DNA of 64,000 nt, from NCBI GenBank assembly GCA_976551045.1, contig CDPCPM010000160.1, positions 1,054,001 through 1,118,000 on the forward strand, in the 5' to 3' direction. The stretch comes from Glaucostegus cemiculus (taxonomy: Eukaryota). Every line of letters begins with the position of its first letter. Within the stretch, counting starts at the first letter, position 1. Of the stretch, positions 1 to 13,369 are shown piece after piece. A program made the position numbers and the translations under genes. The notes under the pieces were generated by a model. The model searched no databases and was not told the DNA's origin. It saw nothing but the letters and a program-made list of their open reading frames with translations.

Positions 1-1490
1 TCTATCCAGGATTTAATCCAAGATATATCATCTGTGAAGGACAGCAGCGGTCACGGAACTCCATACAGAATCAGTCCCATATACCACTGCCTGCTGTCTT
101 ATCTGTGCAAGTCAATTCTGAATCCAAACGGCCAAGTCAACGAGGATCCCACGCATCTCAATATTCTGGATAAGCCGATCATGTGAAACAATGACAAACG
201 CCTCACTAAAATCCATATAGACAACATCAACAGCCCTAGCCTCATCAATCACTTTCGTCCCATACTCAGAAAACACAAATTAGTAAGACCCGACTTGACC
301 GGCTCAAAACCATGCTGACTATCCCGAATTAGGCCATGGTTTTCCAAATTCTCATAGATCCTGTCCTTAAGAATCCTCTCCAACAACTGCCCTGCCGGTG
401 ACGTGAGACTCACCGGTCTGTAATTACCAGGATTTTCCATCGTTCCCTGCTAAAAACAATCGGAAAACATTATCTACTTGCCAGTCCTCCGGGACCTTGC
501 CTGTAGCAGGAAAGGACACGAAGATCTTGGACAAGAGTCACGCAATATCATCTCTTGACTCTCTCAATAAACTGGGGTATGAACCATCAGGTGTTGTGGA
601 CACCCACCTTAATTTGCTTCAAGCAACCCAACATTAACTCCTCCTTAATCTCAATATTCCGTCACATATTAGCGCGCTCCACACTGATATCACTATCATC
701 CACGTCCTCCTCCTTGCTAAATACCGAAGCAAAGTACTCACTTACCACTGTGATGCTGTTCCTCATTAATAGTGCCCCCCACACAGGCACACACACAATT
801 CTTTTAGTCTCTGCAATGGCCACATCATCATACTTCCATGTATTGATCCATGCTCCATTTTAAGCACCTTTACCCCTTACACTCCAAGCCTTAAAATAAG
901 CACACTTCATTCCGTCCGTATCATCTTGTCTATTGCCATGATCCTGCATGTCCTTCTTAACAGAGTTACTGGTTGTGACACTTTCCTCTCAGTCCACCAC
1001 TTTCTTACCTGCTACTATGATTTCCATCGCCCCGCCAAACAAGTTTAAATACAACCACGTAGCACTTCAGAACCTCCCGGCCAGTATATTGGTTCCCCTC
1101 CAGTCAATGTGCAACGCATTCCACTTCTGCAGGTTGCCCCTGCCAAAGGTAAGTTTCCAATGACCCAAAAACCTGAAACCCTTCCCGCTGCATCTTCATC
1201 CACACACACATCTGGTCTATCTTTCAATACCTGCCCTGAGTAGCAGGTGACAGCTCGAGTAATCCAGAGATCACTGCCTTCGAGGGTCTGCTCTTCACCT
1301 TCTTTAGCAACTCTATACACACTCTAAGCAGGACCTCTTCCCTCTTTCTTACGACTTCAATGATGTCAATGTGCAACATGACATCAGGCTGCTCACTCTC
1401 TTGCTTGAGAATGTACTAGAGCGCTCAAGGGACATCCTTCATCCTGGCACCTGGGAGGCGTTCCTTTTCAAGCCACAAAATCTCTTGTCT
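1..1490 (-). mobile_element. Decayed CR1-clade LINE ORF2 fragment
   Basis: ORF 249-440 NPGNYRPVSLTS...LERIL.DRIY..L...LIRDSQHGF is the standard CR1 RT entry motif; frame broken by stops. Confidence 0.8.
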
Positions 1491-2064
1491 GTCAACTATC
1501 ACAATTGGACTTCACCCTCCCGCTGAGCCTCAGAGCCGGCCACAGCACCACTGACCTGGCTGCTGTGGAACGCGGAAAAGATGGACTTTCACGCCGGAGA
1601 GTTGAAAATCGACATGGGGGAGTGTCAGCGAAATGGCGTTCAGCATTCCACATGAAGAAAGAAGTGCAGATCAGTTCAATTCAGGCAAGGGTCACTTGGC
1701 AATGAGAATGATGATGGAAAATCACAGGTCAGCCCAGAGGAGAATTGCTAACGCACACGTGATTGATCCAAACCCATCAGCATAACATTTTCTTACCGGC
1801 AATGAAACAAAGTACAATGTAAGTATCGATGTTGTTCAACCAATTAAAGTTGTTATCTCACACAACAAACAAACACATATTGGATATCGTCACAGGAATT
1901 TGCGTTGCAAGCCAAACAGCGTATACTAATAACTCGAGGATACTTTACTCAGCACTAGGCTAGACCATACCAGATAGTGTATCAACAAAAACGATATCTC
2001 TGTTCTTTGTTCTGTTCTGTTGCTGAACTCTGACTCATCATCCAGCTCTCGATATATCAGATAC

Positions 2065-2327
2065 CTAATACGAGAAAGTCTCGCGTTGTTAAACTTGATC
2101 GTTCGGTTACATTGTTAAATGCCTCACAAGTGTAACTGCCGGTGTCATTCATGGATAAGTCAACAAGGTCCAGGCATTGTCCACTTGTTTGAAGAGCTGA
2201 CCATTGAAGTACCACTGAAATGCAGGAGCGGGGTTCGAAACAGCTAAACACGAAAAAAATACATTTGACCCGGTACCGTGCGCGGCAAGATCTGGGCTGA
2301 CGGATATGGTTAAATTTTCAGGTCCAT
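2065..2327 (-). pseudogene. Gene A exon 4, IgC2 B-type with 1-bp deletion (frameshift near 2200, premature TGA 2151-2149)
   Basis: 263 nt versus 264 nt in paralog 29800-30063; AATGGT-CAGCTCTTCAAA versus AATGGTTCATCTCTTCAAA; the two halves of the Ig domain lie in different frames. Confidence 0.75.
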
Positions 2328-5300
2328 CTAAAACAAATGCACAGTCCGTTTACAGAATGTCACCCAGGATTCTAAACCATATTTCTGTCCCGTCACCAGG
2401 CAACTACATCCATCTCAATACAGAGAAGCCACTGGAAAACTCAGGCTACCCATTCCCAAATGATCACACCTCAGAACAGAATAAATGGGTATGGAAGCAG
2501 CTACATTCAGCAGACGATAGCCATTTGCACAAACTGCGATGCAATCTGCTCTGCCAGACAAGGTTAGAATTGTCTGGATATCATGCTTGCTGTGAAATCA
2601 GCAAGTTCTGGAGGACAGTGGCCGGTACAACCTTTATCCTGAGGGGGAAGCTGTCGTCATGGTGAAAGTTCACCTGGCAGAGAGGGGGATGTTTCTGCTC
2701 GGAAGGAAGGTGGGGCAACGTTTGCTTTTGCTGCAATCTCCCGACTCTCCAGTGAGGATTACAAACGACTCTTGTGAGTAGAGCATAAAATGGAAAATAG
2801 TGAGTTGTGATTTCCCTTCTTTTATTCCTGCACCATTCCTGGATTGCTCCCGACCTAACAAAGTAAATGAATTGACCACATAGCCTGCTTTGCATTTAAT
2901 TAATTTGTGTTTTGCAACATTGTTTGCAAAATTTTGTCTCTCAACGTCTATAATTCATTCCAAAATCAGTAAGGCCCAACATCAACAACTATGAAACTGC
3001 AGGAGAACATTGAAACCTGTCTAGCTCATTCATAACCTCCAGGAAAACAAGTCAACTGCAGGACCCAATCTGTATCCCTCCGTGACCACAACCGCCCCTC
3101 ACCTCCCATGTGGTTTACTGGAACTCTCTTCTGAATCTAGGCTGATTGCACAAGATAATGTTTTCGTCTTCATTTCTCCAGAGGAATCCGACATCACTGC
3201 TCGGGCCATCATTTCTTGTTCATCCTTAAGTTCTCTGAATCAAATGTCAGCAAAAAGCCACCAACATTGATGAGCCTGAAGCTGTGCTGAGAACAGACAT
3301 GTTAAGGAGGGCAAATTTCCTTCCCCGAGGACAATAGTGAACCCAATGTTTGTAACCACTTTCCTGCAAATGCCTGACCTCCACTATGGCCACTGTATGT
3401 TATTCCTGTCACGTCTGTGTGCAGTTAGCAAGTTTTGGATTTGCCCGGGTACTCATGTTTCCTCCCACCTTCAAAAAACGTTCATGTTGATTGATGAACT
3501 GGTCAGTGCGAATTGTGCACAGTGTGTATCTGAGTGAAGAATCTTGGGATTATACCACTCAGATACGCACTCAGAAAATTGTTGATCGGAATGTGAGGAG
3601 AATTAAAAGATGGGATTAATGTAGGGTTTGTGTAATGAAATAAATAAAAGAACGTTCAGGGAAATTCATCAAAATAAATTGAAAACATTGAATATAATTT
3701 CGAAACAAGTGACTTTGCCATTAAATCAGGATCCAAGGACCTGCATCTGGCGATACTATTTTGGCGCCTTACTTTGAATAGTGAACTTGACAATTGCATT
3801 TGATTTGTTTTAATTTGGGGGTGACACGTTCCTTGGAGTATGGCTTGTCCTCTGGTTGTCTGCCATGTTGAAGGTGGGTTTGAGGGCTGAAATGGAGATT
3901 GTTTCCATACCAATTTACGCACAGATATACTGGAGCAGCCAAAGGTAACTCACAGATATTAATCAAACGGAAAAACGTTCACCTGGACGGGGATCCATGG
4001 CCGTGAGGATGGATTTGATCAATACAGATATTAACATGGCTTGAAAAGGAGAAAACAGAATTTTATCCGTCTCCTCATCGGCCGATTGGTCAAAATATTT
4101 TCAGTCGAACCTCATGCCAGTGAAACCCAATACAATCGCGGAGATATGTTACAATATTTCACACACTGTTAGATCACACAGGCCACCACAGTGGCACTTA
4201 CAGCGAACGTTTAGTAGAAATGGATCGCTGGTGTTCGTATTCACCAAGTTGTACGCATCGCAGTTAAATTCCTCGTCCGATCTCAGCACCCCAGAGACAG
4301 TCAAGGTGCTGTTGTTGGAACTTAGGGTTATCCTACCGCCAGCGCTAACCGTCTTGTTGTTCTTAAACCACAGATACGAAACATCCGTTCCTTTTGCTTG
4401 GCACGTCAAACTAACTGTGTCATTGTATTCTACGGGTTTGGTATCATTGGATGTGATAACGGGCTTAGAAGCAGGTTCTGATAAAACAAAGTAGATCATG
4501 AAATACTTGTCACATATTGCGCAGGACGTATCCCCAAAAGATACACAGTATGTCACATGAAGCAACATATTGCTTATTCTGCAAATCATAGATGAAAACA
4601 GATATGTTGTAAATGCTCAATAGACCTGTCAGCGGCGGTGGGGAAGGAATTCTGGTTTAACATTCAGGTGGTCAATTAAGAACTGAACAGTGACGACCAC
4701 TTGGAGAAACATTGCACTTTCATAAACTTGGTGTGAAATAAAGCAAAGTTGCTTATTGCCGTATGCTTGAAAACAATGATAATTCACCATTAAAATAAGC
4801 GAGACGCAGGTGTGAGCAGACCAGAAAAGGGGCTCTGAAACACAATTACGTTACACCTTCAGTTAATAATATCGCAGACAAAACTAAAGTTCGCCACAGG
4901 GACGGCAGGACTGCTCACCATCCTCGATACATTGCGCATTCTAATCATCATTATTGTAGACATGGTACAGTATTCTGCTTTGCTCTCAGCTTTGAATATA
5001 TAATCCCCAGCAGAATATGACAGTTTCTACAGTTCACAATACTCAGGAAAGTAATCGCAGACATACAAACAAACCTGAGACCCACAGAGTCCGTGTCAAT
5101 CAAACCATCCAACATGAAGCCTCCTGGCCAGATTCATAATTTGCATTGTTTTCATTGTACATGTTGGTGCAATTGGACGATTGAATAGGAACAAGTAATG
5201 TTGTGGGTAATTCCATGGAGATCATGACTTAATACTTGGTGTTAAATGTCCTCAGCCATTTCTAACAATCAGTGAGCGAGGGAGTAAATGATCCGTCAAT

Positions 5301-8300
5301 GATTGAGAAAACTAAAGAAGCATAATTCTGGATCATGGCGCCATCTATCAACTTTCCAGGGTGGAATAAAACCCACATTGCTTTCACATGTTCGGTTTAA
5401 AATGTAACCAAGATGCCATGCATAGTTTGGAAAGTTTGCAATCTCAATCGGAAAACAAATAACCTGAATGACCTCACTTCCACTCCTGTCCTTGGTTTTG
5501 GAAATAATGAATAAGTGTTGACTGCCTGTGGCTGTTACAGTCAGGCAATGTTTGGAATGTGAGATCACATTTTCCTCTTTCATTGGCAGATTACTATATC
5601 CGGCACACGCATCATCTGTTTGGCCACAACACTCAAGGTACGTGATATATTTCATTCTCTTTCTCTCTTTACACTATCGTTCCTAATGCCCAGTGAGGGT
5701 ATCTGTAAAGTTCTGGTGGTTCTCTGACCCCTTGCGGCCAGCAGCAGCACAAGAGCAATCATAATACATGAATCATTTAAACCCACATCCAGGCATTCCT
5801 GCGCACCTGGCGCGCCGATCATTTTGCAATCACAAAGCTGAGAAACTATTCGGGTGTAAGGACAAAGCAATGGAACGCAGGACATGTAACAACCTATCTA
5901 ATGGGAGGATATTCTGGCCAGACCACGCACCAAGTTCCACTGCGTCATAACAGTCAGAGCCCCGACAGGAATCCATTCATCCAATCATCTCCGTTCCTGC
6001 TGACAAAGAACTACTCAGTCTCGCCCCGTTTCACAGTTCACAAACCTACGGACCTGTGTCGGCCCCTGAGATCCAGCCTCATCACTGCGTGTAATATGCT
6101 CACATATTCGTCAAAAGTCCGTCTCCGTCGCAAGGTGTCGCAAGGTACCATAATGTGTAGGTCAGCGGTGGTTTCGGGGGGCGGGGAGTGGTGGGAATGT
6201 GGGGACAATAGAATTGGGTGAATGAAAATAGGTGCTTGGTGTTCAGCACAGACGAGCTAGGCCGAAGGGCCTGTTTCCGTGCTGCATGACTCCATGGCTC
6301 TAACCCCCGCCAAGCTCCTGCCTCAATCCATCCAGCTGAATTTTCTACGAATAGAACAAAATCTTTCAGTGAGCATTTGATTATTCTAACACAGCGGCCA
6401 TTTCTGTGGGTCCGAAAGCAAGATTAACCTCCTTAATCTTACTTCACAGTGAAACTTCTGCAATTCCTCCCAATTCTTGTTTGCAACATCCAGTGTTGTC
6501 ACGTCATTCCTGCTCCGTGAGGGCCAGAGCTGTACACTGTGTTCCTTCAGTACACTAACTGGTGAATTGCTCAGGTCTGGTGTGACTTTCCCGCTCACAC
6601 ATTCGATGTCACAGCGTCATGGAGTTCTGCAGAAACAGGCCATGTTCTGGCCAAAATCTGAAAATCTCTAGTGTGCTTTCAGAACCAATTCCTCCACCTC
6701 CCCTCTGCCATCTATGGACATGCCCTCCAGGTCCATTCGATCCCAGTTAACAGGAAACACGTAACAGAGATGAGATCTGGGTGAAACGGCCGAATCATGG
6801 CGAAAACAAAGAACTGGCTGACCGAGAAATTGCACCACACCGTTATTTCCAGCGAGAACCAACGTACGTATGACGTTGTTTATAAGTCGAATAAAGAGCT
6901 AGAGCATCAACAGGCAGATTATCCGAACAGTGTAGTTGGGTTACACGATGCTACCGGGCTCAGACGGACACTGAGCGTCTCTGAACGGGATACCCCACGA
7001 TACAATCAGGCGTCTGCACTAACGAGGAAATGTGGCCCTTGAGTGGATAGACGCTGAAGATACGGTGGTGTGTCGGTCCCAGGGGACTATGAACGGACTG
7101 ATGACTGGCAGTGCCCAAGGGAGAGAACAGGGTAACATAAAACAGATGCTGCGAAACTAAATTACGAACAGAAAATGCAGGTAATACTCAGCAGATCAGG
7201 CAGCAAGGAGGGTTTACAGGTTTCTGATTATTCGTCAGAACCATAAAGTCAGATACAAGCCTCACGTCAAGAGACCAGGGGTGGAAACGACCAAAGTGTA
7301 TGTCTGTGATAGGGCGGAGATCACGGTTGCCTGGGTGACACGAAGCTTTTGGTGCTTTCTTAGAGTGGAAGGTGAACGGTTGCTGATCTCTCTGGAGAAG
7401 GGTAATCGGAGGAAAGTATTTGAGAACAAAGGAGAGAGGGGCAAGAATAAATATTTCCCCATAGAAGACAGTGGTCCATTGGACTAACTCTCGCTGTATG
7501 TCGGTGACTAGCAGTGTTCTGCAGGGATCCGAACAGATCTTCTCTAAAAGACGTACGGGTAGGTTAATTTGGGGGTTTAAAATGGGCGGAGCGGACTCGT
7601 TGGGCCGAAAGGGCCTGTTACCACGCTGTAAATAAAAAGTAAAAGAAAAAAAATAAAATTCTGCTGTTTGTGATATTTATAAATGACCTGGATGAAAATG
7701 TAGGTGGGTGGATTAGTAAGTTTGCAGACGATACGAAGACTGGTGGTGCTGTTGTTAGCGTAGAAGACTACAAAGGATACCGAGGGATATGGATCAGATA
7801 CAGGTGGAGAAATGGAGATGGTATTTAACCTGCTTAAATGTGAAGTGTTGCGCTTTCGTAGATCAAACGTAGTTCCCTGTTTGTGGCAAGACACATAACA
7901 GTGTTGCTATGCAGATGGATCTTGTGGTCCAAGTCCAGAGCTCCATGAATGTGGCTGCACAGGTTGATAATTTGGAAGAGAAAGCGAATTGCATGCCAGA
8001 CTTTATTCGTCGAGTTATTGAGTTCAGGGGTTGGGAAATAATGCTGCAGGTTTGTAATACTCCAGCTGGGCCGCATCTGCATTGTTGCGTTCAATTCTGG
8101 TCGCCTCGTTAGAGGCAGAAAGTGGAGGCTTTGGAGAGGGTTTACCAGGGTGCTGTCTGTATTAGAGGGCATGTGATATAGGGAGAGTTCGGACAGAACT
8201 GAATTGCTTTCTCTGCGGCGGAGGCTGAAATGAGATCTGATAGACAGTATATGTTCCCCAGGGTTGAAATATCTGGAGTGCATACATTTAAGGTGATGGG

Positions 8301-10848
8301 GAGTAAGGTCAAAGGACATGTGAGAGGCATATTTTCTACCCACCTCTGTGTTGGGTACCCTGAATGCTGCGCCAGCAGTGGTGGTGCAGGCAAATACGAT
8401 AGAGGAGTTCAAGAGGCCCTTAGAAATACACATGAATGCACAGAAAACGGAGGGATATGGAAATTGTTGAGTTGGCCATGTGATTCAATCTGTTCGGTAC
8501 AACATTGAGGGCCGATGCGCCTGTTCCTGTGCTGTACTGTTTGTATGTTCTACACTGGAACTGTAAGATAGAGGAGAAATTGTGGCGAGAATCTCTGAAA
8601 TGAAAGGGAATTCCGTAAGCAATTCTGTGGAGAGAGAGAGAAACTGGATTTCGCCTGACATCGGAACTGACCTGTACTGCCACAAACAGGCAGGCTGTTT
8701 ATCCGAAATTGTTGAATACGTTATTGATTCCCCATACGGAAGTAAAGGGTGAAGAAACCGTGACTGACTGTAACTGTACATATAACTGATGGAAAACTCC
8801 CTCGGAAGCAAGAGCACAAAAGCTACTGACTCATGGTGAGTTGATAATTACTGTGCCCGGAACATTGGATATAGACCAGGTATGCTAGACAATTAAAGTG
8901 CTGGGTGCAATAATCAATGAGTGAGAAGCTTGCTCTAAACAATGAGGGTGATACCTGTCTTTGAATCTCTTGATTATAAACCAATTATGTTGGACAATAT
9001 GTACGATGTCTGTCTTTGGATCTCCGAGGCCTGACCGAAATTTGCGGCGCCGCATTCATTAAGTGTGCATGGCAATACCTGTATAAATTTCCGTCTGATC
9101 CTTTGTACGAAAGAGTCCCCGGGAAGCAATTCTCACGAGTGCTAAAGAGACCTCTCCTCAGCGGTGTACTTCTAATACACGCGTTTTATTGAATCAACCC
9201 GGTGACACTGTGTTACTTTGCCGCAGACAGAAGTGGGAACGAAATCGGGACGACACCCGGAGTCTGCAATGAGCAGAGGCGGCTAGTGAGGTTCCACGGA
9301 TGGATTGTACTGTTTTGTTAGGTATTGGGTGTGATTGGCAAAGACTCTCAGGTCGGCCCGTGGCGCTACTGCCACGGAGCTGTCAGGGAGAGCTCCCTAA
9401 AGCTCTGAGTGTCTTCTCTGATGCCTGTGTATTGGAGGAAGTCGGTCAACCCCTAGTTCCAGACGAACCTACTTCTCCCTGTTCGAAGAGTAGTTCAAGT
9501 CAGCTGACCTTGAACGTGGGGTTCAGCTGCACTGGATAAACTAACGAAGTAATGAGAAGCAGACACGATGAGATGCGGCAGAGATCAACTCAGCATCTCG
9601 CAATGATGCAGAGACCAGGACACGAGAGTGCCGGTGATCCGGACCTCCCGCGGGACAGCTTTGAAGGCTCGTGTGCGATTGTGTGTTTCAGGGGTGAGTT
9701 GGTCACAGACCTCAATGAGGGGCTAACTTTGAGAGCGTGACCCTCAAATTGCACTGTTTCCATGGCGATGAAAACCCGGAACATCACCGAGTCTCTGTCA
9801 ATTTTCAGCTCAATGAGATTGAAACACTCTCCTGGGACTAACATCGGCGATTCGCCCAAGGGACGTCATTTAGCCCACCGCTAAATTTCGCAGAAATGTA
9901 CCGGGTCTTCGGACCGAAATCACGTTGAAATGAGGGGAAGCAGTAGAGCGTAGGACCAAGTGTAACTGGCTGAGGTTCCATGTTGTTCTCATTTTAGATA
10001 TGGCGCAGTCACAGAGAACAGAGAGAGCAGCAGTAAGTGAAGAGGGATCGGCCGGGTTCTCACGGCGCGGGGTTCCGCACCCACAGGAACCCTCTCCCCG
10101 AATCCGACCGGCCGGCCGATACCTGTCCGGAAGGGACCCCAAACTGAATCGAATCCTATCCATTAGATGTAATTTCTCGTTCGGAAAGAGTGCATTCTCC
10201 AACAATTGAGTTGGGTAGAAAAGGTTAAATATATTCATTCACCACAGTAATAAAATGAAAATATAAGTCCGGAAATAAATGACTGAACAAGACCAACGTC
10301 TCACTCACCAAGGACCCGCAGAGTGATGGTCGCTGAAGCTGAAGAGCCGCTATTTGTAAACGTGGCCAGACGATACTCCCCGCTGTCCGAGGTGTTCACC
10401 GACTTCAGCAGGAGCGACCCGTTGGAGGTGAATACCTCAGCCCGTGAGTGGTACCCACTACCATAGAGCACACTTCCACCGGTCCACTGGGCGACTGTTT
10501 TCCCATTGAAAAGCCAGTTCCCACCGGTGATCTCGGCCGACGGCCGCACTGAAAAGAACGCATTTCCTCCGTCGGGCACATTGATCCGGCTCTGTTCTGC
10601 GTTGATGAGAAAAGCCTGAGACTCACCTGAGGAAGAGAAATTCGCATGCGGGTAAAGCAAAAGAAGCGGATGGACTCCAGAATCTGCACTTAGCTCAAAA
10701 ATTAGATCGTTTTTGGGAAGCTCATCTGCTTTTCCAAAACTACCCTCTGCTGTGGTGATTCCCTGTTAACGGTCCTTCCGAGAGAGTGACCCTCACCCGC
10801 AGATATGAAGAGACAAAGAGCGAGCGCGGTGAGCGGCAGCTCCGCCAT
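2065..10848 (-). CDS. Gene A (5' part, continues beyond window start): CEACAM-like, leader-N-IgC2A-IgC2B(frameshifted); possible pseudogene or truncated secreted form
   Basis: Exons 10797-10848, 10309-10626, 4202-4477, 2065-2327 with GT/AG boundaries, all phase 1; inverted paralog of gene B. Confidence 0.82.
4202..4477 (-). CDS. Gene A exon 3, IgC2 A-type
   Basis: EPASKPVITSNDTKPVEYNDTVSLTC...YLWF...EEFNCDAYN; 276 nt, T|GTAAGT donor. Confidence 0.88.
7550..8552 (+). mobile_element. Decayed CR1-clade LINE 3' fragments
   Basis: KFADDT-like segment, PHL.CCVQFWSP motif, 3' tail gggccga.g.gcctgttcctgtgctgtactgt...tatgttcta. Confidence 0.75.
8562..9255 (+). mobile_element. LTR-like element related to 13370-14162, in gene A intron 2
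   Basis: Shares CTGTATAAATTTC.GTCTG, GAGTGCTAAAG.GAC and the 3' end CACTGTGTT...GACAGAAG...ATCGGGA.GACA. 5' boundary (TGTAAG) uncertain; no matching TSD found. Confidence 0.55.
10309..10626 (-). CDS. Gene A exon 2, Cys-less IgV N domain
   Basis: 318 nt, GESQAFLINAEQSRINV...NW.FNG...NGSLLLKSVNTSDSGEY; ~72% aa identical to gene B N domain. Confidence 0.9.
10797..10848 (-). CDS. Gene A exon 1, signal peptide (MAELPLTALALCLFISA)
   Basis: cgggATGG context, hydrophobic leader, G|GTGAGG donor. Confidence 0.88.
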
Positions 10849-10960
10849 CCCGAGAGAGTAGCGTCTGTGTCTGCCACACTCTGAGACTGAGCCCGCTTCC
10901 TTGTCTCCGAGCCACATCACTGGAGTCAGTCGTCAGAAGCGGCACCGCTGATTGGACCGG
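10849..10960 (-). promoter_or_regulatory. Putative gene A proximal promoter/5'UTR with CCAAT box (ATTGG at 10951-10955), TGACTCC and AGGAAG
   Basis: Inverted homolog of 16590-16704; homology ends just upstream of the CCAAT box. Confidence 0.5.
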
Positions 10961-11099
10961 CTGCTGCCTGCCTGCGGCGTAGGCAGAGAAGGAAGTAAAG
11001 TAAAACTGAGAAGGACCACTCGGCCCCTCATACATATTCCATCATGCTGTACCATCACATGTGACCTTTTGTCAGCACCACTTCCCTGCACTAAACTCT

Positions 11100-11750
11100 G
11101 AAGGAGAGGAGAAGGGGTATCAACTTCTTTTTCCAGGGTGGAAATGTCTGATGCCAGAGGGCACGGGTTTTTAGAACATAGAATATAGAAAAGCTGCAGC
11201 ACAATTCAGCCCCTTCGGCCCACAAAGCTGTGCTGAACATATCCGTGCACTAGAAATTACTGGGCATTCCATAGACCTCTATTTTACTATGCTCCATGTA
11301 CCTATCTAACAGTCTCTTGAATGACCCTATCGTATTCGCCTCCACCACCCTTGCCTGCAGCCCATTCCACGCACTCACCACTCTCTGAGTAAAACATTTA
11401 CCCCACATATCTGCTCTATATCTACTCCCAAGCACCTTAAACCTATGTCCTCTTGTGTCCACAATTTCAGCCCTGGGGAAAAGCCTCTATCTACCCGATC
11501 AATACCTCTCTGTGGTGAAAGGGGGGACGTTTGAAGGAGACGTAGGAGGCAAGTGGGTGGGTGGGTGTCTGGAACGGGCTACGGGCGGTGCAAGCATTTG
11601 GGCAGGCAACTGAGCATTCAGAGAATGGAGGGATATGGACCATCCGCGTGCAGATGAGATTATTTTAAATTGACACCCTGGCAGGCACAAACAAGGTGGG
11701 CTGAAGGGCCTGGTCCTGTGCTGTACTGTTCTATGTCCTGTATTCTACGT
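11100..11750. mobile_element. CR1 3' fragments, a minus-strand copy (~11170-11500) nested in a plus-strand copy
   Basis: ORF 11250-11462 TRGHRFKV...FTQRVV.AWN.L...VVEA.TI.SFK.LLDRYM is the CR1 ORF2 C-terminus; tails on both strands. Confidence 0.75.
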
Positions 11751-12412
11751 TCTATTTTTTACCGCTTGATTCTTCACGGTCCAGAAATCCTCTTCTTGAT
11801 CCCTCAGAGACTGACTCACTGTAACCATCTTTGGAATGTTCTAAATATTCACCAGCATCTGGTTGGATGAACAATTTTATTCTCGTCTCCACACTCGTGC
11901 AGTCATAGATCTGAAACGACTTTTAATCTCACACACAAAAATAACTTACTTCAACTCTCTGTCGTTCTTGTTTGTTTTCAATAACAGTCAGCCCACGCGG
12001 GAATATTACAACATACTAGTGCTCTAATTATGTGTAAAAGCCCTGTGCAGGACCTTGTCAACTATGTTCTGTCGGAGCAAATACATCGTATCATCTGGTT
12101 CGTCCTTAAATATTCTGCTGGTAACAATCTGGAAAAAAATCAGATTTGTCAAGCATGCTTTCTGTCCCATTAATCTATTTTGACATTGACCTACTGTGGT
12201 ATTATTTTCTCAGTGTCAATGAGAGACTCTTGCAACTCCCCAGACCTTGATGCCAGTCTAACATCTCCTGATTTCTCTTTTTTGTTCTCTTCCTCCTTTC
12301 TGATATAGCAATGTTACCTTTCCTACTTTCCAATCTGTGGGGATTTTTCTGAACTCTGAGGAATTTATGAAAAGGACAACCCATGTGTCCACTTCCTCCA
12401 TTGTCATCGTGA

Positions 12413-12695
12413 GGCGGTTAGTGTAACGTTATTACAGCGCTAGCGACCCGGGTTCAATTCCAGCCGCTGAAGAGTTTGTACGTTCTCCCCGTGTCTACGT
12501 GCGTTTCCTCCGGGTGCTCCGGCTTCCTCCCACATTCCAAAGGACGTAAATGTTAGCAGTTGAGGGTATACTATGTTGGCTCCGGAAGCGGGCGACACTT
12601 GCGGGCTACCCAGCACATTCTCAGCAACGCAAAAAGACGCATTTCATTACTTGTTTCGATGTACATGTGACTAATAAATAAATATATTTTCTTAT
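12413..12695 (+). mobile_element. tRNA-derived V-SINE (HE1-like)
   Basis: Pol III B box GGTTCAATTCC, V-domain ttctccccgtg...tttcctccgggtgctccggcttcctcccaca, A/T-rich tail. Confidence 0.8.
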
Positions 12696-13369
12696 CTCTT
12701 TTAAAACATCCGGTTCCATGTCACCAGATCCCTGAAAATAATCTTTTAAATTAACTGATGTTCATTTCTTTTAGATCCTGTTTTTTTTTTCTCCACACCT
12801 GTTCCCCACCACAGTGTGGATTGTTCTTCCTCCTTCCCTGAAGACACACGACAATATTCGTTTACCTCCTCGGCCATTTCCTTATTCTTATATATAGTTT
12901 AGTGCTTCCGTCTGCAAAACACCGGCGATTAACGCTGGCTGATCCTTTTCATGTTTACCTTTGGAGAAATTCCTTCGGTAGGACTCGTAGGTGAATGCAG
13001 GTTATGTGGATTGGGAATCTACAGAGCAATAATGGGAGAGGGATTTTCCATTTTCACTGCCGTGTCTCTCTAAACGGGACATGGGAACGCTCTAAGTAAA
13101 TGAGTTCTGGTTCAATCCTCCACCTCTATTTTCACCCATCTCTATGACAGCTGCCCTTTCGCTGCTTTATTTCCCAACATCTGCATTCCCAAATACCCAA
13201 TCTGTCAATATCGTCAGTTTGCTTCTACTTCTTTCAGCTCTATAGACAGAGGTTGTTGTTTTATAAGGTTGCGCCCACTGAAATGTGGGGAATATATTGG
13301 CCTTTGAAGCCGTCCATTAAACCAGAAGTCAGACCCTGATCTTCCACACTGTCTCATCTCTCGGTCCTC

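Noticed and set aside
4114-4494. ORFs 4114-4494(+), 27663-28034(-) and 27718-28047(-) that resemble each other
   Set aside because: Antisense shadows of the duplicated IgC2 exons, not independent genes.
7834-8433. 199-aa ORF, the longest in the track
   Set aside because: Antisense to a decayed CR1 fragment; no recognisable domain.
12413-12470. tRNA-like A/B box sequence
   Set aside because: It is the head of a V-SINE; no complete cloverleaf.
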